A DNA stretch of 64,000 bases, taken from positions 63,364,001 to 63,428,000 of the forward strand of contig OX638149.1 in the NCBI GenBank assembly GCA_951804945.1. The letters are read 5' to 3'. This DNA is from Podarcis cretensis. Taxonomy: Eukaryota. The notes beneath the pieces were generated by a model. The model ran no database searches. It was not told the DNA's origin and saw only the letters and a program-made list of their open reading frames with translations. Shown one piece after another: positions 13,713 through 26,859 of the stretch. A program made the position numbers and the translations under genes. How positions within the stretch are numbered: position 1 is the first letter of the stretch; each line of letters opens with the position of its first letter.

Positions 13713-14635
13713 CCATTAGCTACCACATGATACTGACCGTCATGGGTACCACTCCAAGATACACAAACTCTTGAGCCAAACACCATCACTTCATTATCAG
13801 GGCAGATTCAAACAGAAGGTATGGTATGCAATTCACCCACAATATTCTTCTTCTACTCCCTGAAGACAGTTACTTAATACAGTTAATTCAAGCCTTTTCT
13901 CAAACCTAAGATGGCAGAGTAGCGCAGGGGGACAAGAGGGAGTTTGTAGAGTTAATAGCCGTGACCTGCTGCCATTCAGCTCTAAATTTTCAAGGCAACA
14001 TCTGAGTCCTCTCCCCCACTCAAAGTTTTCTTTAATAATCAGCTGGAATTCTTCTTCATGGATCTTTTTGTGTATGTGCTGTAATGTACATGGTGAGTCT
14101 ACTGTCAGGCTCATTCAGATACAGACCAATAGCTGCAGCGAGCTTCATTTCAACTTTCACCTTCACCTTCACCTTCACCTTCGCTGTGTGAGGTAGATAT
14201 TTTGGTAGCGGGACATGAAAGGTTGTCATTTTTCTTCTTCTATGAATACAATCCTAGGATGGAAGCATGGAGGATGAGAAAGTAGCCATCTTCTTTTAGA
14301 AGACATAATTAAGGGGGAAGTGAGGAACAACATACTAGTTCAACCAAAGAACAGCTAGAGAGAGAGAGAGAGACTACAGTAATAAAAATACCCTTTGTTC
14401 TATACAGACGGGACATGAGATTATATTGCACCAACTGAGAGCAGTACTGATTTTGCCTAATACTGATGGTTAGAACATTCCCCTTCACGTTTCAATTGCA
14501 TGAAGGGGGCACCATATAATCACTGGAAAGCAGGGCACACTGGTTTCTCTGTTTCCAAATGCCCAGGCATTGGAATGGATGCCTGCACTGAAGAAGCCTA
14601 TTCCTGAACATTAGTTTGTAAATAGTCTTCCAGAT

Positions 14636-14767
14636 TCATAGAATCATAGAGTCGGAAGGACCCTAAGGATCATCTAGTCCAGCTGGAATATGCAGCTTTC
14701 CCATACGGGGATCAAACCTGCAACCTTGGTGTTATCAGCAGCATACTCTAACCAACTGAGCTATCCA
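14636..14767 (-). mobile_element. tRNA-derived SINE with CR1-type tail (Squam2-like)
   Basis: Minus strand begins GGATAGCTCAGTTGGTTAGAG, has box B GGTTTGATCCC and ends ATTCTATGA. Confidence 0.7.
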
Positions 14768-14851
14768 TGCTAAGTCCCTTTGGGAATCCTGATTGCATGT
14801 GAGCAGCTGCTTATGTATAGGCTTATATATTGCACACGTCCATGCCTAAGG

Positions 14852-15157
14852 CAGGGGTGGGGAACCCTTTACAACCTGAGGGCCACATTTCCTTCTGGGC
14901 AACCTTCCAAGGGCCATGTGTGAAAGGGTGGGTGGGACCCTAGGCAAAAGTGGGTGGAGAAATAAATACGTTTGTACAGTAGACCTGTTTATATACAAAC
15001 AACTCTCTGTCCTCCAGACAAGCAAGAGGCCTTATCAGAGTTCAAGGGCACATTCCAGCCAGGCAAAAGCATTTGGGGTGTGCAGCAGAGCCAGGGAGGG
15101 GCATAGCCTGGAAAGATTTGCAGACAGAGAGGCATGGACGGCCACAGGTGTCCCCTG
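14852..15157. mobile_element. hAT-type MITE, degraded
   Basis: CAGGGGTGGGGAACCTTTT...GAGGGCCAC start; ends ...GTCCCCTG; TSD not clean. Confidence 0.5.
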
Positions 15158-15329
15158 GGTTTAAAGTAATCACAGAATGCCCCCTTCATTCAGTTCACAC
15201 ATGGAAATGCTGTCAACATATTAAACTGATAGAGTGGGGTACTGGGCTCCCCCCCCCCATGGTATGTATTTTTGTACTTTTATATTGTAAACCACCTTAA
15301 GATCCTTGGATGAAGAGCAGTATAGAAAT

Positions 15330-16265
15330 TTAAATAATTTTATTTATTTCACAAGCAGACAAACATACATTGAACACTCACATAAACAGAAATACAAATA
15401 ATAACCCATATAATAAAAATAAACAAGAAAGAGAAAAAGAATAAAAAAATTAATACATCCATGTGACTTCCCTCCTCCAATACTCATCATCCCTTAAACT
15501 TTAAGTTCCTATTTACATTGCATCTTATACATCTCATCTTTAATGCTCTTAAAAAGGTAAAGGTAAGGGTACCCCTGCCCGTATGGGCCAGTCTTGACAG
15601 ACTTTAGGGTTGTGCGCTCATCTCACTCTAGAGGCCGGGAGCCAGCGCTGTCCGCAGACACTTCCGGGTCACGTGGCCAGCGTGACGAAGCTGCTCTGGC
15701 AAGCCAGCACCAGCGCAGCACACGGAAACGCCATTTACCTTCCCGCTATAAAGCGGTACCTATTTATCTACTTGCACTTAAGGGTGCTTTCGAACTGCTA
15801 GGTGGGCAGGAGTTGGGACCGAACGACGGGAGCTCACCCCGCCATGGGGATTCGAACCACTGACCATGCGATCGGCAAGTCCTAGGCGCTGAGGTTTTAC
15901 CCACAGCGCCACCCGCTCTTAGAATATTAATTTTTCCTAGGTCTACTTTATGAACTTAGTCTATACATACCAACATGTTCTCCTTAGAACAGTATTTACT
16001 CATATACTCATCAAAACATTGCCATTCTAGCTTTAGTTTCTTATTTGTCTGATATCTTATGGCTGCTGTTAATTTCGCCATTTCTATAAACTCAGATAAT
16101 TTACATATCCAATATTCTTTTGTGGGTAAATAATTTCCTTTCCAATTATTTGCGAGTAAAAGCCTGGCTGCAGCTGTTGCATATAGAAATAATCTTTTCT
16201 TATCTTGTGGGATGTCTATTAAGCCCAGTAGATATGCCTCTGGTTGTTTTTTTTCCCCCTATTGA
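15330..16265 (-). mobile_element. 5'-truncated L1 (ORF2 C-terminus + 3'UTR) interrupted by a Sauria SINE
   Basis: Minus strand ~16245-15990 reads PEAYLLGLIDIPQDKKRLFLYATAAARLLLANNWK..., homologous to the ORF at 24830; 17-bp TSD AAGAGC(A/G)GTATAGAAAT at 15313-15329 and 16266-16282. Confidence 0.85.
15552..15914 (-). mobile_element. Sauria SINE (Squam1)
   Basis: (ACCTTT)n tail read as AAAGGT on +; tRNA head GGGTGGCGCTGTGGG and box B GGTTCGAATCCC on minus; flanking repeat GCTCTTA at 15545-15551 / 15915-15921. Confidence 0.9.
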
Positions 16266-16502
16266 AAGAGCGGTATAGAAATGTACTAAATACACATTTG
16301 AATAAAATTTAAAAAGTAGAAGATGGAAGAGAAATTAAGAACAGGACATATTAGGAAGGCTAATATGAGGACTGAGAGAGAGACTGCACATAAGCTTTTA
16401 GTCTTTTTGTTGGTGTTCTTTGACAAAGCTGCTCTTACTGTGTCAGTTTTGTTGCAAACCTTTTTGGCTTCTTTCCTCTGTTTCTTTATTTTATGAGACT
16501 AG

Positions 16503-16662
16503 GGAACATCAGAAGAGCCCTGCTCAATCACACCAAAGGCCTTGATGGCCCAGCATCCTGTAATCATAGCGGTCAATCCGACAGCTGTGAGAAACCCACA
16601 AGCAGGGACTGAGTGAAATAGCAGTCTTCTCACTTGTGATTGCCAGTAACTGGTATGCAGGG
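16503..16662 (-). mobile_element. Old CR1 3'UTR fragment
   Basis: GAACATCAGAAGAGCCCTGCT...CCCAGCATCCTG; reverse-complement similarity to the 47640-47775 region. Confidence 0.5.
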
Positions 16663-18881
16663 ACTTATTTTGACTTCTATACTTCTTATAAACAGCTTAG
16701 GAACTCATAGTGCTGCTACGCTTCCTAACATGGGTGCAAAATGGCTCGTGGGTGCTGCTGCTCAGAGCCACTCCAAGTTTCATATTGTGGGAAGCCTCAT
16801 ATTAATCTCAAGGCAGATAACCAATGGTGGAAATTTCCTTAACACAGGCCAAAGGAATGTCAGTACAGTGACAGCAAGAAGGGATAATATCACTGAAACT
16901 GACCAATTAAAGTCATGGTGCTTCTCAGACAAATTAGAGCAAAGGCAATTAGTGCTGCTGCCATGTTCAAAACCAGAGAGAGGAAGAGGAATGCGGAGAC
17001 AGATTTGTGGAATACCTATATGGGCTCCTTAATAGCAATTGACCACATCCCCAGACCTACGCAGAGATAAAGAGCAGAACTGAGACAAATTAGTGGCACC
17101 CCTGGAGGGCGGGGGGCATGTAGCTCAAGCCCAAAAACCAATTAAGCTTAATCTAGGGGTGCCAGGGGAGTGACAACAGTGACACATCAGAAGCCAAGCA
17201 GCCCCACAGATGTAATTTTCTATATGAAGTGGTGCCAGATACAGGAGTCAGTATTATATATGTTATGCTGGCTGAGGGAACTGTCTGAGTGCAATATCAC
17301 CTCATGAAACCTGCTAGTTGAAAGGAAGCCTCTTATTTCCTATGGAACTCATTCACAATCCTGTCTGTCTTTCTGTGTAAGTTGGAAACCAGCTGCTGCC
17401 CAGCAGAGAGGCCTTCCTGACACTGGAACAAGCAGTTGTGCTATTATGGAGTGATGATTAATATTCTGACTTCACAGAATGAAGGTGTTTGATACAGAAT
17501 GTGGTTGACTCTTACCTGTCAAATTTGGCCTGCTAGGGAAAGGAGCAATAAGGATTTCGCCCGACGGTTAGATCCTGTCCCCAACACCTGTCACACAGGC
17601 TCGGTTAAGGATAGACAGACCAATTAATGTGCAATCCCTCTCAGTTCTGCATCAGGACAGGACTAAGTGCATCGTATCCTGTTTCCCAGACGAATTCACA
17701 GAGCAAGGAGCCCAGGGAACCATTCAAGTCTGTAGGCATCTGGATTACTCATGTTAAGTGTTTAAAGCACATAAATCTGTTTTGGTGGAATGGATGCAGT
17801 GTGGCAGCCCCTGGACTTTCTAAAGGGATCTGCAAGATGGCAGGTTCTGAAAGACACCCACAATCTGTTTGGGGACAATTTTAAAATCTGAGTTCAGCGG
17901 ATTCCTCCTCATCCCTAGGCTCGATGCATGAACGATGAAATGGATGGCAGCCACTGGTACCCATTCACCAGGAGCTTAGAACACCCTCTATGCCTATGCA
18001 AGATGCAGAGATCTCAGCTCTATGGAGAAAGCTTCCAGACCTACCAGTAGCCTTTTTATCACTTCTCATAAGACAGTCAAATACACCAGTCCCTTTTTAT
18101 TAGTATTTCCTGAAATTCACTTTAATTCTGCTATGAGATCTTTTTTGAAAAACAACAACAACAACAATAGCCACAAACCTATCTAATTGGGGGGGGGGGG
18201 ACACGACATTCCTACCATGCTGATCCCAAGATGGTGAAAGAGATGGCTGGGGGAAAGTGGCCGAATGTGGGTCTAGCCTGATTAGTGAGAATATAGATAG
18301 AAAATGAAATATACAACACACCCGCAGTAACAATTTCAATGTGTGGAATTCAGCTTTCTCTTCAGTCTCACAGCTCCAAAGGGAAGAGATGAGAGGCTTG
18401 GCCAGTCCAAGCTAATATTTCATTTCTCTTGCAGAGCTGTACTCTTTGTCAACATTCTGTCTGCCGTGATGTCAGGCTTTGAAGTCCTGATGATTGACTG
18501 CCTTGCAATACACTCGAAGTCCCGGCAGTGAGCTGCTCACCAGGACTTTGAAAGCACTGCCAATATGGTCTGGTTGGGCAAATGGAGAGGCGTGGTGGGC
18601 CTAATTGGGCCGCTGGGTTGGAGGCTCCCCACCATACAGTTTCTTAAGGTGTCTTTTTCATTGCCTGTTTAACAACATAGCTAAATGAAACCTTTGCATC
18701 CCAATTTGCTGTGTTTCTGAATACTGACGTTTAAGGGGAAATCAGTAAGGCTTTTACTTTACCGGGAAAAATAGCCATTGTGGTTGTAAACAATGTTAAG
18801 AAGCCATTAGACTAAATGTGATTGGGTCATGCTTCTTTGGTCTTTTCTCTCTCCATTGGCCTCTTAAATGTCCATTTAGGT

Positions 18882-19226
18882 TAGTGGTTCCCAAACCTTT
18901 TGAAGCCACCACCATAAACTCATCCCCAGTGACACCTACCCTATAAAAAAGAATTATTCATAATGAAGGTTTGCATGACCCACTGTGGAGGACAATAATA
19001 CAATAAAATTCAAAACAGTAAAAATTAATTGCACATTTATTCCAAATCCAATTTAACCTATGCAGTTTAATTAACTCAACAAAATGAATGAACTTGATCT
19101 GGTGATACCATCTTTTCAAAGTCTGATAGTCGTTTACACTTCCAGCATTCCCCTGCTGCCATCTTGCCTTTTAGCACCCCTTAGGAAATCTCTGGGAGGC
19201 AGGAGTCTCCATTTTAGAAACCACTG
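18882..19226. mobile_element. hAT MITE
   Basis: TAGTGGTTCCCAAAC...GAAACCACTG termini; 8-bp flanks ATTTAGGT / GTTTAGGG. Confidence 0.6.
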
Positions 19227-20519
19227 GTTTAGGGCATTATAGGCACTGTATTAGTTTCAGGGAAACACTGAGATGGGGAGCTGATTTTGCTGGTGAACTT
19301 GTGCCAATGTTTTGAATTTTATGGATGAAAATTAATCTTCTAACCATAGAGGAGCCAGTTCCTCCCGTGCAATTACATACAGAAGTTGGAAATTTCACAT
19401 AACTTTCTGCAGCTTGAGAAATGATTTAAGGCCCTTTATACTTGTCCTTTCGGGAACTTCTTAAGAAAAAGTCAATGCAAACATTTAAGTGCCTGTTTCT
19501 GAATATAGATGCTTTACTGAGCAGAAGGAACAGACAGTTGTTCAGGATGTTTACAGTGATACAGATGTCAAGGTAGTCATGACTCAGACAGCAGTTGATG
19601 GATTTCATATTTTAGATCCCCCCACATTTCCTGCTATTGACTGCGCTTGGTAATAATTTCTTGTTTTATGTCAGTGTGAACTTCCAAAATGTTTAGTGAA
19701 AGCACCATAAATATTCAGAGCTGCATATTTTAACACATTGCACTTATCTGGCTGTCACTGAGTATGCATGAGGAAGGATTGCTTTCTTCCGTTAATGTAT
19801 GTATCAAGATTCTTTTTATATCCAAAGCTTAGGGTGGGTTGCAGGATATTTTTAATCAAAGGGTTTTTGTTTGTTTTTAAGTGAAAATACAGCAGAGTTT
19901 TATTATTATTTTTTTAAAGGAAAAAAAATCTAAGCAACGTGAAGTATCAAGTGGATTTAAATCTCAGTCTACAATGGCTGGACAAAATAGCGTTTAAGTT
20001 CTGTAAGGCAACAGTTCCCAGCTGGTAGTCTGTAGACACCAGGGGGTTCTGCGAAACCCACCCATAGAGTCTGCGACACAGGCCTATCAACTGGCCGGGA
20101 CACCCTGTTTTGGGGTGCTATGCTCTCACACAAGTGCACAGAGCCCCAAACTGCATGAAATATCAGCTGGCGCCATGTCTCATGTGAGCTTGCACACCCA
20201 AAAATGTCCATGTGTGTACCGGTTTTGCCCTGGTACATGTTGGAGGATATGGTGGCATCATTCACATAATAAGCACTAACACAGAGATATCAACATTTTC
20301 AAAAGTAGGGGGTCTGTGGATTGACTCTTGAAAAAGAGGGGGTTCACAGTGCTTAGCTAACTGGGAGCCACCTCTAAGGCATGGAAATAAAACAAGATAT
20401 GAGCACATGCAAAAGGTTCCAGCGTGAGGGTACATCATTTCCTCTTCTGAGACTGAATCTGAACCCAGCCTCCATAAAGGCTAAGGGCAGAAGTCAGCAT
20501 CATTTTTAAGCCCATGGGC

Positions 20520-21028
20520 TGTCAGGATGCTGTCAGTGGCTCCTGCCTGATTGCCCAGGAAATCAGCAAGACAGAGAAAACACAGGCGTTTTAGTCCTTT
20601 TTATTATTATTCCAGATGCCAAGGCAAGGCAACCAAGCACCATTCAGTATCTAACGCTGCTTGAGTGAAGCTCCATGCCTGTCTTCTCTGTACTTTATGA
20701 GGCTCCTCCCCTCTGTGGTTGCTGTTAAGGGCCAACTGCCTTTGGGCCCTCTGCTTTGCTATTCTCAGTGAACAATTGGTTTTGGGGAAGGTAGCGGGTC
20801 CTGGGAGACTCTCCAGTGACAGCATGTCAGTCAGTTGCTGCTCGGGCCCTGCCTGCTTAGTGCTACCTAGCTCCTCATTTCCCATCATTTCCCAACTTCT
20901 TCCCTCTTCTTCTTCCTCTGGGGTGTGCCCTGTGTCAAACCAGTCCTGTAGATCTATACTATCTGCCCCTTGCTCCTCACTGGGGAGGTGGTGTCCACCA
21001 CTCCTCTTCATCTGCCCGGTCCCTGACA
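20520..21028 (-). mobile_element. Solo LTR (Gypsy-like)
   Basis: TGTCAGG...CCTGACA perfect 7-bp terminal inverted repeat; 5-bp TSD TGGGC (20515-20519 / 21029-21033); AATAAA on the minus strand near 20600. Confidence 0.8.
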
Positions 21029-22760
21029 TGGGCATTGTTGGATTTCTGAGCCAGCATGATGAGCACAACTTCCTTTGGTCCTTCCCTCTCCCCTCCCCTG
21101 GTTCACTCCACCCCATGAGGCAAAAAGGGAAAGCACACAAGCACACACATACACACACAAACTTCCAGGATTGGGGTAAAAGATTCAGAATCTGAGCCTT
21201 GAGAAGTGCATACGGTAAGGATGAAAAAGGAAGTGGGAAAGATTGTGACTCTTCCAACTTCCTCCTTCAGCTTTATGCGCTTATCAATGCAGAAAGATGT
21301 AACCACCCATTACCACGTCATGGCAGTGAAGTGGGGCGAATTCATAAACTTTGTGGGTACACATATGCATCACACTGGTGACTCCAAGACTATGTGGTAT
21401 AGGCCCTTTGTCCTCTTCCCTTTCTTTCCAACCCCTGCACAGATGAATAGCACAAAGCATTTATATGCCTAGGAGCAAGTCTTTTATTTATCAGGGGAAG
21501 TAGCAGCCATCACGAAATTTATAAACCCTATCCCTTGACTTCTCACCATTTAAGCTAAATCACGTCCCAGTAGCCTTCAAGAAACTGCAATCGAGGAAGC
21601 TAGCTAAGGGACACACACAGTGCCAGCATGCCAAAACATTGAAAACAAAATAAAAACCCCTTGGATGTGCCTGCAAGACTATAATCCAAGATACCAATTT
21701 AAACACAATTATTTCTGAAATAATTATTGAATAGGACTTTTTTAAAAAAAATATTGGCTTGCTGCAAAGGGGTCTAGCATCAGTTGAAAGATTTGTTTGT
21801 ACAAAATGGTGTGTGTGTGTGTGCGCGCACGTGTGCGTTTTCTGCTCCGCTCCCTCCATATGCAGTAACCAACACCATATTTTATGCCATTCCCAAGGGT
21901 CCCCTGGTCCTCTGGATTAGCTTTTTAAGGGCACTGGAAGGTGCAGGAAAGCACTTTGTAAAGTGCTGCTGGGAATTGTAACTCTCTGAGGGGTACAGTA
22001 CAGAGCCCAGAATTATTGGAGGGAAAGAAGTTGCTTCTAATGTGCTTTAAAGGTAAATAAAGCCTTAGCATCCAAGTCCATGTCTCACTGCAGGTTGATG
22101 GTACCTTGGAGCAGTTTTCCCCCTTTTATACCCTTATTTACAAAAGAGTTGTTTCTGTATTGCATAAGCCTATCTAGCAAGAGAACCTGTACCATTGTTC
22201 CAAAGTGAAAAACCAAAGTGGAACGTATTAGGTGGCAGTGATGTTACGTGGTGAGCTTTTGAGTTTGACCTAAAAGCTTTCCCGCTTTTGTACACGGTTT
22301 TGTTTTCCTGAATGGTAAGAGCAGGTGCTTTCACCCTGGGATGTAGAGCTTAATTGGGTTGCCAGTGGTTCTGCGACTGTGCATTTTTACTTTGTGGCAA
22401 GAAGACAACAGGACGGAATGCTTCTAAATAAAAACAAATAATTACATACAAAAGTTCCGATTCCTATTTCCCTCCCTTAAAGTGAACTCTTTCTCTCTCT
22501 CTTTTTAACTTAATAGCACACATTATTATATTGATGATGCTGGCTGGATTAAAAGAGAGAACTGGAGTAGCTTGTTAGATGACTACTTTTGTACACTGTT
22601 CGGCAATCTTTTCTTTTGAGTTTTTGTTTCATTTCTTTCGCTGTATGGGAGGCAGTGTGTGCAGAAAGACATCATTCTGATCTTATGAAAATGTTTCTGT
22701 TTACTTCAGTGTGAATTGGGATTGTGTTGCAAGTAGAATGCTCGGTGCTGGCCTTCTGTA

Positions 22761-23002
22761 CAGTGGTACCTCAGGTTACATGCACTTCAGGTTACATACG
22801 CTTCAGGTTACAGACTCCACTAACCCAGAAATAATACCTCGGTTTAAGAACTTTGCTTCAGGATGAGAACAGAAATCGTGCTCCGGCGGCATGGCAGCAG
22901 CAGGAGGCCCCATTAGCTAAAGTGGTACTTCAGGTTAAGAACAGTTTCAGGTTAAGAATGGACCTCCAGAACGAATTAAGTACTTAACCCAAGGTACCAC
23001 TG
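22761..23002. mobile_element. Tigger/pogo-type MITE (family A)
   Basis: TA|CAGTGGTACCTC...AAGGTACCACTG|TA; near-identical to 27052-27293. Confidence 0.9.
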
Positions 23003-24829
23003 TACCACACTAATATATTAAGGGACAGATAGCTACGACCAATGACTAGTGATGGTGGCAATTTGATTGTGCAAAATACTGCTCATGATTAAAACCCCCA
23101 CACACATTTAGCAGAGGAACAGCTTGTAGATATACACATCAGTGAGTGTGTAAGAGGAGCAAAGTGGGTCAGTGAAGTTCACAGAAGAAATGTGCTCATA
23201 AAGTAGGTTTCTATTGGAATCGTATGGAAGAATGCACAGGGAGCTGAAAAGACATTGATGCAGTTAGAAGCTATAATGAAAATAGAATTGCATGATTATA
23301 TGTATATATTACATGAAACTTCTCAGTAACACCTTAGGAAATGTGATTTTGTATATATATATACTGGTAAACATCCTAAAGAAACACAAGGGATGCAAGG
23401 ATGGGATTGTCAGTACACACATCCACTGCAGAATGACTTTCTGGAAATAAATACTCTTAGGGAGTTCAGTGAAAGCAACCAGTTATTTGGAAATTGATTT
23501 AAATTGGTTACAGCTTGAAATGGGGAGTACCAGATGAGTACTAGCACATTGGTCAATACTTTCAGTTGTTATCGGTTGCAACTCAAGTTGTTTTAAACTG
23601 TTTCTAATATTATTTTTAATCCTGGGACTTTAGGTTGAAGGGCAGGTAAGAAAACGATGATGATGATGATGATGATGATGATGATATACAATTAAGCCAC
23701 CATCACCCTCAAAAAGCAAAACAAAATGTATTTTTAAAATAAGGATAATGATGTGTACATACACATATTCTTTCAAGCAATAGGTCTTTATTGGTTCAAA
23801 TGAATGGAGAAGCAACATGCACTGAGGTGAGGATACGAACTAACCTAATCAGATGGTTCAGCACTTGAAAAAATGCAAGAAATACCCTCATATTTTGATG
23901 CTGCATTTTGACCAATAGCGGCATGGAGTGGAACCCTAACATGTCCACAGAATACAGGATTAGCTTATGGGAAATGTCCAATGCTTAGTGAGACCATTAG
24001 TCCATTGAGCTCAGAATTGTCTAAATTGGCTGGCAATGGCATTCCAGTATTTCAGGCAAGCACCTTTCCCTAGCTCTACCGGTCTTCAATATGTCAGAGA
24101 GGTACCAGACAGTCCGTCTGCATGCCAAGTATGTGATCTCTAGCACTGAGCTACAGACTTTCCCCAAGTCATATTCATGCTGACTTGATGTCTTCAGTTT
24201 TAAGCAGTGACTTTCATGTGTGAATGAGCCATCAGAGATCAAAAACCACACAAATGAATACTTTTCATATCATCTCACAGAAGTTTCAAAACGGCTCAAT
24301 TATTTATTTAATTTATTTGCCCACTAGGGCCAGCTGTGATTCATTAAAAACTGGCTAAGCAAGTAATAAGAAACAGAGTTCCAGTATTCCGGACAGAGTG
24401 AAAAATAAACTACAATTCTGTCACAGATCTCTTTAGTTATCTTATTCTAAATTAAAAACTCACAGCCTAGTCAGCTATTCCTCAGGGAGAAAACTCTCCA
24501 ACCCCTTTATTATTGTAATTGGACTTTCCAAGACAGTGGACACCAGATTGTACACCATAACTGTATACAGTATTTAAACAGGTGATCACGCCATAAATTT
24601 ATATATTGTCATTGTCTCTTTCTCTGTATACGTGAGTTCGCAGAAGTGTACTACAAAGTGAGTGAGATGATGTTGCTATATTCTTGCCCAAAGGCCAAGA
24701 GGCAACAGGAGTCAGAGTAACTTAAAGAGCCGTCTTTATTCAGGAACAACATATAAAGAAAACATAGCAGCTTTGATGATACTAGAAGATTAACACACCC
24801 TAAGGGCACAAGATGTTGGACATAACATA

Positions 24830-25405
24830 ATGATGGCTGACTGGGAACAGTTATGGACCACAGGTATGAAATTTATGGCATGTAATGCCCTAAGAGAAAA
24901 CTTAATGAAAATGATTTATAGGTGGTACATGACACCAATCAAGCTTGCAAAAATTTACCATTTGTCCGATAATAAATGTTGGAAATGTAATGAGATTGAA
25001 GGTACATTCTTTCACCTTTGGTGGACATGCCCAAGGATTAAGACATTCTGGGAGATAATTTATAACGAAATGAAAAAGGTATTTAAATATACCTTCCTGA
25101 AGAAACCAGAGGCCTTTCTCCTGGGCATGGTCGGCCAATTGGTGCCAAAGAAGGATAGAACATTTTTCATGTATGCAACAACAGCAGCAAGAATACTCAT
25201 CGCGAAGTATTGGAAGACACAAGATTTACCCACCTGGGAAGAATGGCAGATGAAGTTGATGGACTATATGGAACTGGCGGAAATGACTGGCAGAATCCAA
25301 GACCAGGGAGAAGAGTCGGTGGAAGAAGACTGGAAAAAGTTTAAAGATTATTTACAGAAATACTGTAAAATTAATGAATGTTGGAATGAAGTTATATGGC
25401 TTTAG
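24830..25405 (+). pseudogene. L1 ORF2 C-terminal fragment (cysteine-rich zinc knuckle), frame still open
   Basis: CWKCNEIEGTFFHLWWTC = CX2CX8HX4C; KKPEAFLLG, YATTAARILIAKYWK and W..K..Y.E.A motifs typical of the non-mammalian L1 ORF2 C-terminus; no endonuclease or RT domain in the window. Confidence 0.9.
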
Positions 25406-25744
25406 TAGAAATGTTATAAGGAATTAAGTATAAATAGATTAATAGAGTATCAAAGGAAAAAATAAGGTTAGAATGTGTTAAGATAATTATAGGATAGAAA
25501 ACAGAGAAAGATGGAAAGGAATTGCTGAAACAGTTAACAGAAGTGGAATACAAAAAGGGAGGTGTGAGGAGGTCACGGAAATAAGTGAATGAAAGATATG
25601 ATACTGAAACTATTTGATGTGTTTTAAATTGTGTGGTTTTTTTTGTTTGTTTTGTTAGTTTAAATGTGTTGGTGTTGTGTAGTGTTTTTGTGTTGTATTG
25701 TATTGTTTTTATTTTTTGTAGTGTTTAAATTGTTAATAAATATT

Positions 25745-26644
25745 GGGACTTCCGGGTTAGCGCCTTTGGTAATGGCAGAATTCCTCTGATCGGGAGGAAT
25801 TTACTCCATGGAAACAGGGTCTGGCCGCCACAGCGAAGGCGGAGACCCACTAAAAATCACAGGCAGGAGAAGCCTGTGAACCTGGGATTCGGCTGGCACC
25901 TTTTGCGCCTCCCCTACTCGTGGGGAGACCCGGTTTCGGGGATCTGGAGCGACGTGGGGCGAGCGGCGCAGTGCTTCGAACTGATTGCTTCTTGCACAGA
26001 GTGAAGCCGCACTGCTGTTGCCGGAGAGCGCTGACTTTTTCCTGTGGACAATTCGATTTTAAACAACTACCCATGAGTAGAACGGAAAATTGGATCTATA
26101 AATGTCTTAATTTGGCACCGAAATGGGAAGGTTTTAAACAGGAAGTCCGCCTTCCCCTTTTGTAAATAGATTGAAGCAAAGACGCTGCAAGCTAAGGTCT
26201 TGGAAAGTCTTCCGCAAAGGATTAAACTTCCATCGATTAAAACTATTAAACCCCCCTTGGAAGCAGGAGATTAATGGAATAGTATTAATGGAAAATAAGG
26301 GTAAAAATAAGTTAAGATATTTATATGACAGAAAATAGAGAAAGATGGAAAGGAATTGCTGAAACAATTAATAGAAGTGGAATACGAAAAGGGAGGTGAG
26401 AGGAGGTCGATGAAACAAGGGTATGAAAGATAGACTACTGAAATGGTATAATGTATGTTTTTAAATTGTTTTTGTTTTGTTTTGTTTAGGTTAATGATGT
26501 GTTTTGTATTGTTGATATATTGTATTGTATTGTTTTTTTCCTTTTCTTGTTGTTGTTTTTCTTTTTGTCTTTTTTCTTCTCTTTCCTTTTTGTAAGTTTT
26601 AAAAGTAATAAATATTATTTAAATAAAATAAAATAAAATAAAAA
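25745..26644 (+). mobile_element. Non-autonomous bipartite L1 derivative (5'UTR fused to 3'UTR), 900 bp
   Basis: 20-bp TSD TTAAATTGTTAATAAATATT (25725-25744 / 26645-26664); CpG-rich head GGGACTTCCGGGTTAGCGC; 26335-26450 aligns with the host L1 3'UTR 25500-25610; (AAAAT)n tail. Confidence 0.88.
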
Positions 26645-26859
26645 TTAAATTGTTAATAAATATTATCTAAAAAAATATATAGAAGATTAACACACCCTAA
26701 GCCCAGCTAACTGGATTAAGTAGAAAACCACAGCGATCCAACAAGGAAGGGAGCTTCTATCAAGGCAATCTTGTAAGGCCATAAATATAAGACTCATAGG
26801 TCTACAACTGATTTACAGCCTCTGTCCTAAGAAGTCCTATAATAACTGTTTCCTTATTC

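Larger units (their letters stand above)
24805..26679 (+). mobile_element. Young 5'-truncated L1 carrying a nested non-autonomous element
   Basis: 22-bp direct repeat TAGAAGATTAACACACCCTAAG at 24783-24804 and 26680-26701; ORF2 C-terminus, GT-rich 3'UTR, AATAAA and A-tail. Confidence 0.9.

Noticed and set aside
16640-17032. 130-aa ORF
   Set aside because: Non-ATG start inside a CR1 remnant; no recognisable domain or splice structure
18420-18533. Possible 94-bp exon (CATTTCTCTTGCAG...GTGAGC)
   Set aside because: The only open frame gives no recognisable peptide and there are no partner exons
24672-26850. Possible LTR hosting the 24805 L1
   Set aside because: A TG start and minus-strand AATAAA are present, but I found no matching CA end or TSD
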